Shown: positions 35,771 through 37,174 of the stretch, piece by piece
Position numbering within the stretch: position 1 is the first letter of the stretch
Layout: each line of letters begins with the position of its first letter
Notes under the pieces: generated by a model
Seen by the model: only the letters and a program-made list of their open reading frames with translations
What the model was told of the DNA's origin: nothing
The model's database searches: none
Translations under genes and position numbers: made by a program
IMG/VR virus record: IMGVR_UViG_2671181127_000013
Span: 1-37,174 of that record
Reading direction: 5' to 3' (one strand)
DNA: 37,174 bases
Source: a virus
Taxonomy: Duplodnaviria; Heunggongvirae; Uroviricota; Caudoviricetes

Positions 35771-36112
35771 ATGGTTATCTTGTCAATAGACTATGCAAAA
35801 AAGCTACGTCAAATACGCAAGGCTGAAGGGCTAACGCAAAAGGAATTTGCGGATATTACGGGGTTGTCTTTAGCTGCCATAAGGAACTATGAATCAGGGC
35901 AAAAAAGCGCCAGAGCCAAAATTGTTGAGATGGTTCTCCAAGTTGATCGGTTTGAAAAATACATGATGTGGCTAATAAAAGATAAGACAATGCCTGCTGC
36001 CGGTCAGATAGCCCCGGCTCTCTCTCTTGATGGCTCCATTCAGTCGGAGGGCGATCAGGTTTCAATCGGCATTACCCAAAAATCACCCCAATCTCGTCGC
36101 AATGCTGGCTAA
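35771..36112 (+). CDS. C: Immunity repressor C (HTH)
   Basis: LTQKEFADITGLSLAAIRNYESG HTH and the GQIAPAL segment shared with the P2 C repressor. Confidence 0.8.
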   Translation: MVILSIDYAKKLRQIRKAEGLTQKEFADITGLSLAAIRNYESGQKSARAKIVEMVLQVDRFEKYMMWLIKDKTMPAAGQIAPALSLDGSIQSEGDQVSIGITQKSPQSRRNAG

Positions 36113-36181
36113 CGCTGTACATCGAGCGGGTTTCATCCCGTAGAGAGTGTACGGCTGATTCATCCGTTGGAGGGGCTAATC

Positions 36182-37174
36182 ATGTCGATTAAGCAACTCA
36201 AAGACGGGCGTTATAAGGTTGATGTAAGACCGCAAGGGACGGAAGGAAAGCGGATCCGTAAGATTTTTACCCTGAAGTCAAAGGCACAGGAGTTTGAAAG
36301 GTATGTTTTGCAGAATTTCCACGATAAACCGTGGCAGGCCAAGCCAGCTGATCAGCGTCGGTTATCCGAACTGATAGATGCCTGGTGGGTGCTTGATGGC
36401 CGGAATCAGCCTTACGGGGATACTTACAGGGTCAGGCTGGAAAAAATAAACCGTGAGATGAGGGACCCCCGCGCCAGTGAGATGACGCGAAAGTTTATGC
36501 TCGGGTATCGTTCAGATAAATTACAGGCCGGATTAATGCCCTCCAGTGTTAATCGTGATTTGTGTGCCTTGTCTGCAATGTTTACCTCGCTGATTGATGC
36601 GGATGTTTTCCATAACGAAAACCCGGTGCGTGGAATACGTAAGCTCAAGGTCAGGAATACAGAAATGGCCTTTCTTTCAGATGATGAGATTGATCGGCTG
36701 CTTGAACGACTCGAGGGGGATGCGCGTCGCGTTGCTGTTCTGTGTCTTTCCACTGGCGCAAGGTGGGGGGAAGCAGCTGGCTTACGTGGTGAGCATATCG
36801 TTGGTAACCGCGTAATGTTCTTTAACACAAAGAATGGAAAATCCCGCGCGGTTCCTGTTTCTGATACGGTGCTTTCGTTGATAAAAACCCGAAAAACCGG
36901 GCTATTGTACCAGGCTGATTACATCCGTTTTCGGGATATCCTTCAGGAGGTGAAACCGGATTTACCCAAAGGTCAGGCGACTCACGTTATGCGTCACACG
37001 TTCGCCACGCATTTCATGATGAACGGCGGAAATATCGTTACGTTACAGCGAATCCTTGGGCACGCCACGATTCAACAAACGATGACGTATGCGCATTTTT
37101 CACCGGACTTTTTACAGGATGCGATTAGCTTTAATCCGCTGGCTGATAGTGTCCATAAACTGTCCATTGACTAG
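36182..37174 (+). CDS. int: Tyrosine integrase (P2 Int family)
   Basis: 330 aa with R...HxxR...Y catalytic-domain features (LSTGARWGEAAGLRGEHI, HVMRHTFATHF, TMTYAH); ATG 36182 with GGAGGGG SD; stop is the last codon of the window. Confidence 0.9.
   Translation: MSIKQLKDGRYKVDVRPQGTEGKRIRKIFTLKSKAQEFERYVLQNFHDKPWQAKPADQRRLSELIDAWWVLDGRNQPYGDTYRVRLEKINREMRDPRASEMTRKFMLGYRSDKLQAGLMPSSVNRDLCALSAMFTSLIDADVFHNENPVRGIRKLKVRNTEMAFLSDDEIDRLLERLEGDARRVAVLCLSTGARWGEAAGLRGEHIVGNRVMFFNTKNGKSRAVPVSDTVLSLIKTRKTGLLYQADYIRFRDILQEVKPDLPKGQATHVMRHTFATHFMMNGGNIVTLQRILGHATIQQTMTYAHFSPDFLQDAISFNPLADSVHKLSID

Larger units (their letters stand above)
748..37174. mobile_element. P2-like (Peduovirus-type) temperate myovirus prophage, apparently complete (ogr/D through integrase); left boundary uncertain
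   Basis: Near-complete P2 gene set recognised from ORF translations: ogr, D, FI, FII, E, T, U, G, H, I, J, W, V, S, R, lysis genes, X, L, M, N, O, P, Q, A, C, int, in P2-like synteny apart from one inverted block. Confidence 0.9.

Overview
The window is almost entirely one P2-like (Peduovirus-type) prophage, about 36 kb, read in reverse orientation relative to the canonical P2 map. From left to right: two tandem Hok/Gef-family type I toxin loci (1-800), ogr and D on the minus strand, the tail sheath/tube/tape-measure block FI-FII-E-T-U on the plus strand (inverted relative to P2), then G-H-I-J-W-V-S-R, a cargo insertion (small membrane protein plus a large SASA/NanS-p-like esterase), the lysis cassette, X-L-M-N-O on the minus strand, P-Q on the plus strand, a cos-proximal accessory region (23.6-27.0 kb), replication gene A, a long early operon with a Dam-type methyltransferase, DEDDh exonuclease and DUF4406 protein, then the Cox-like/C switch and a tyrosine integrase that ends exactly at the window end. 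All calls rest on my reading of the supplied ORF translations and the DNA; no database search was run. The best candidates for an undescribed system are in the cos-to-A region, which corresponds to the P2 old/tin locus: a self-contained two-gene operon (124-aa protein plus winged-HTH protein, own AT-rich promoter and terminator) and an orphan 167-aa gene next to cos. Secondary leads are a plus-strand membrane-protein gene behind a repeat-rich non-coding element inside the early region, and the esterase moron. Some motif coordinates I derived by hand may be off by 1-2 nt; CDS coordinates are anchored to the ORF track.
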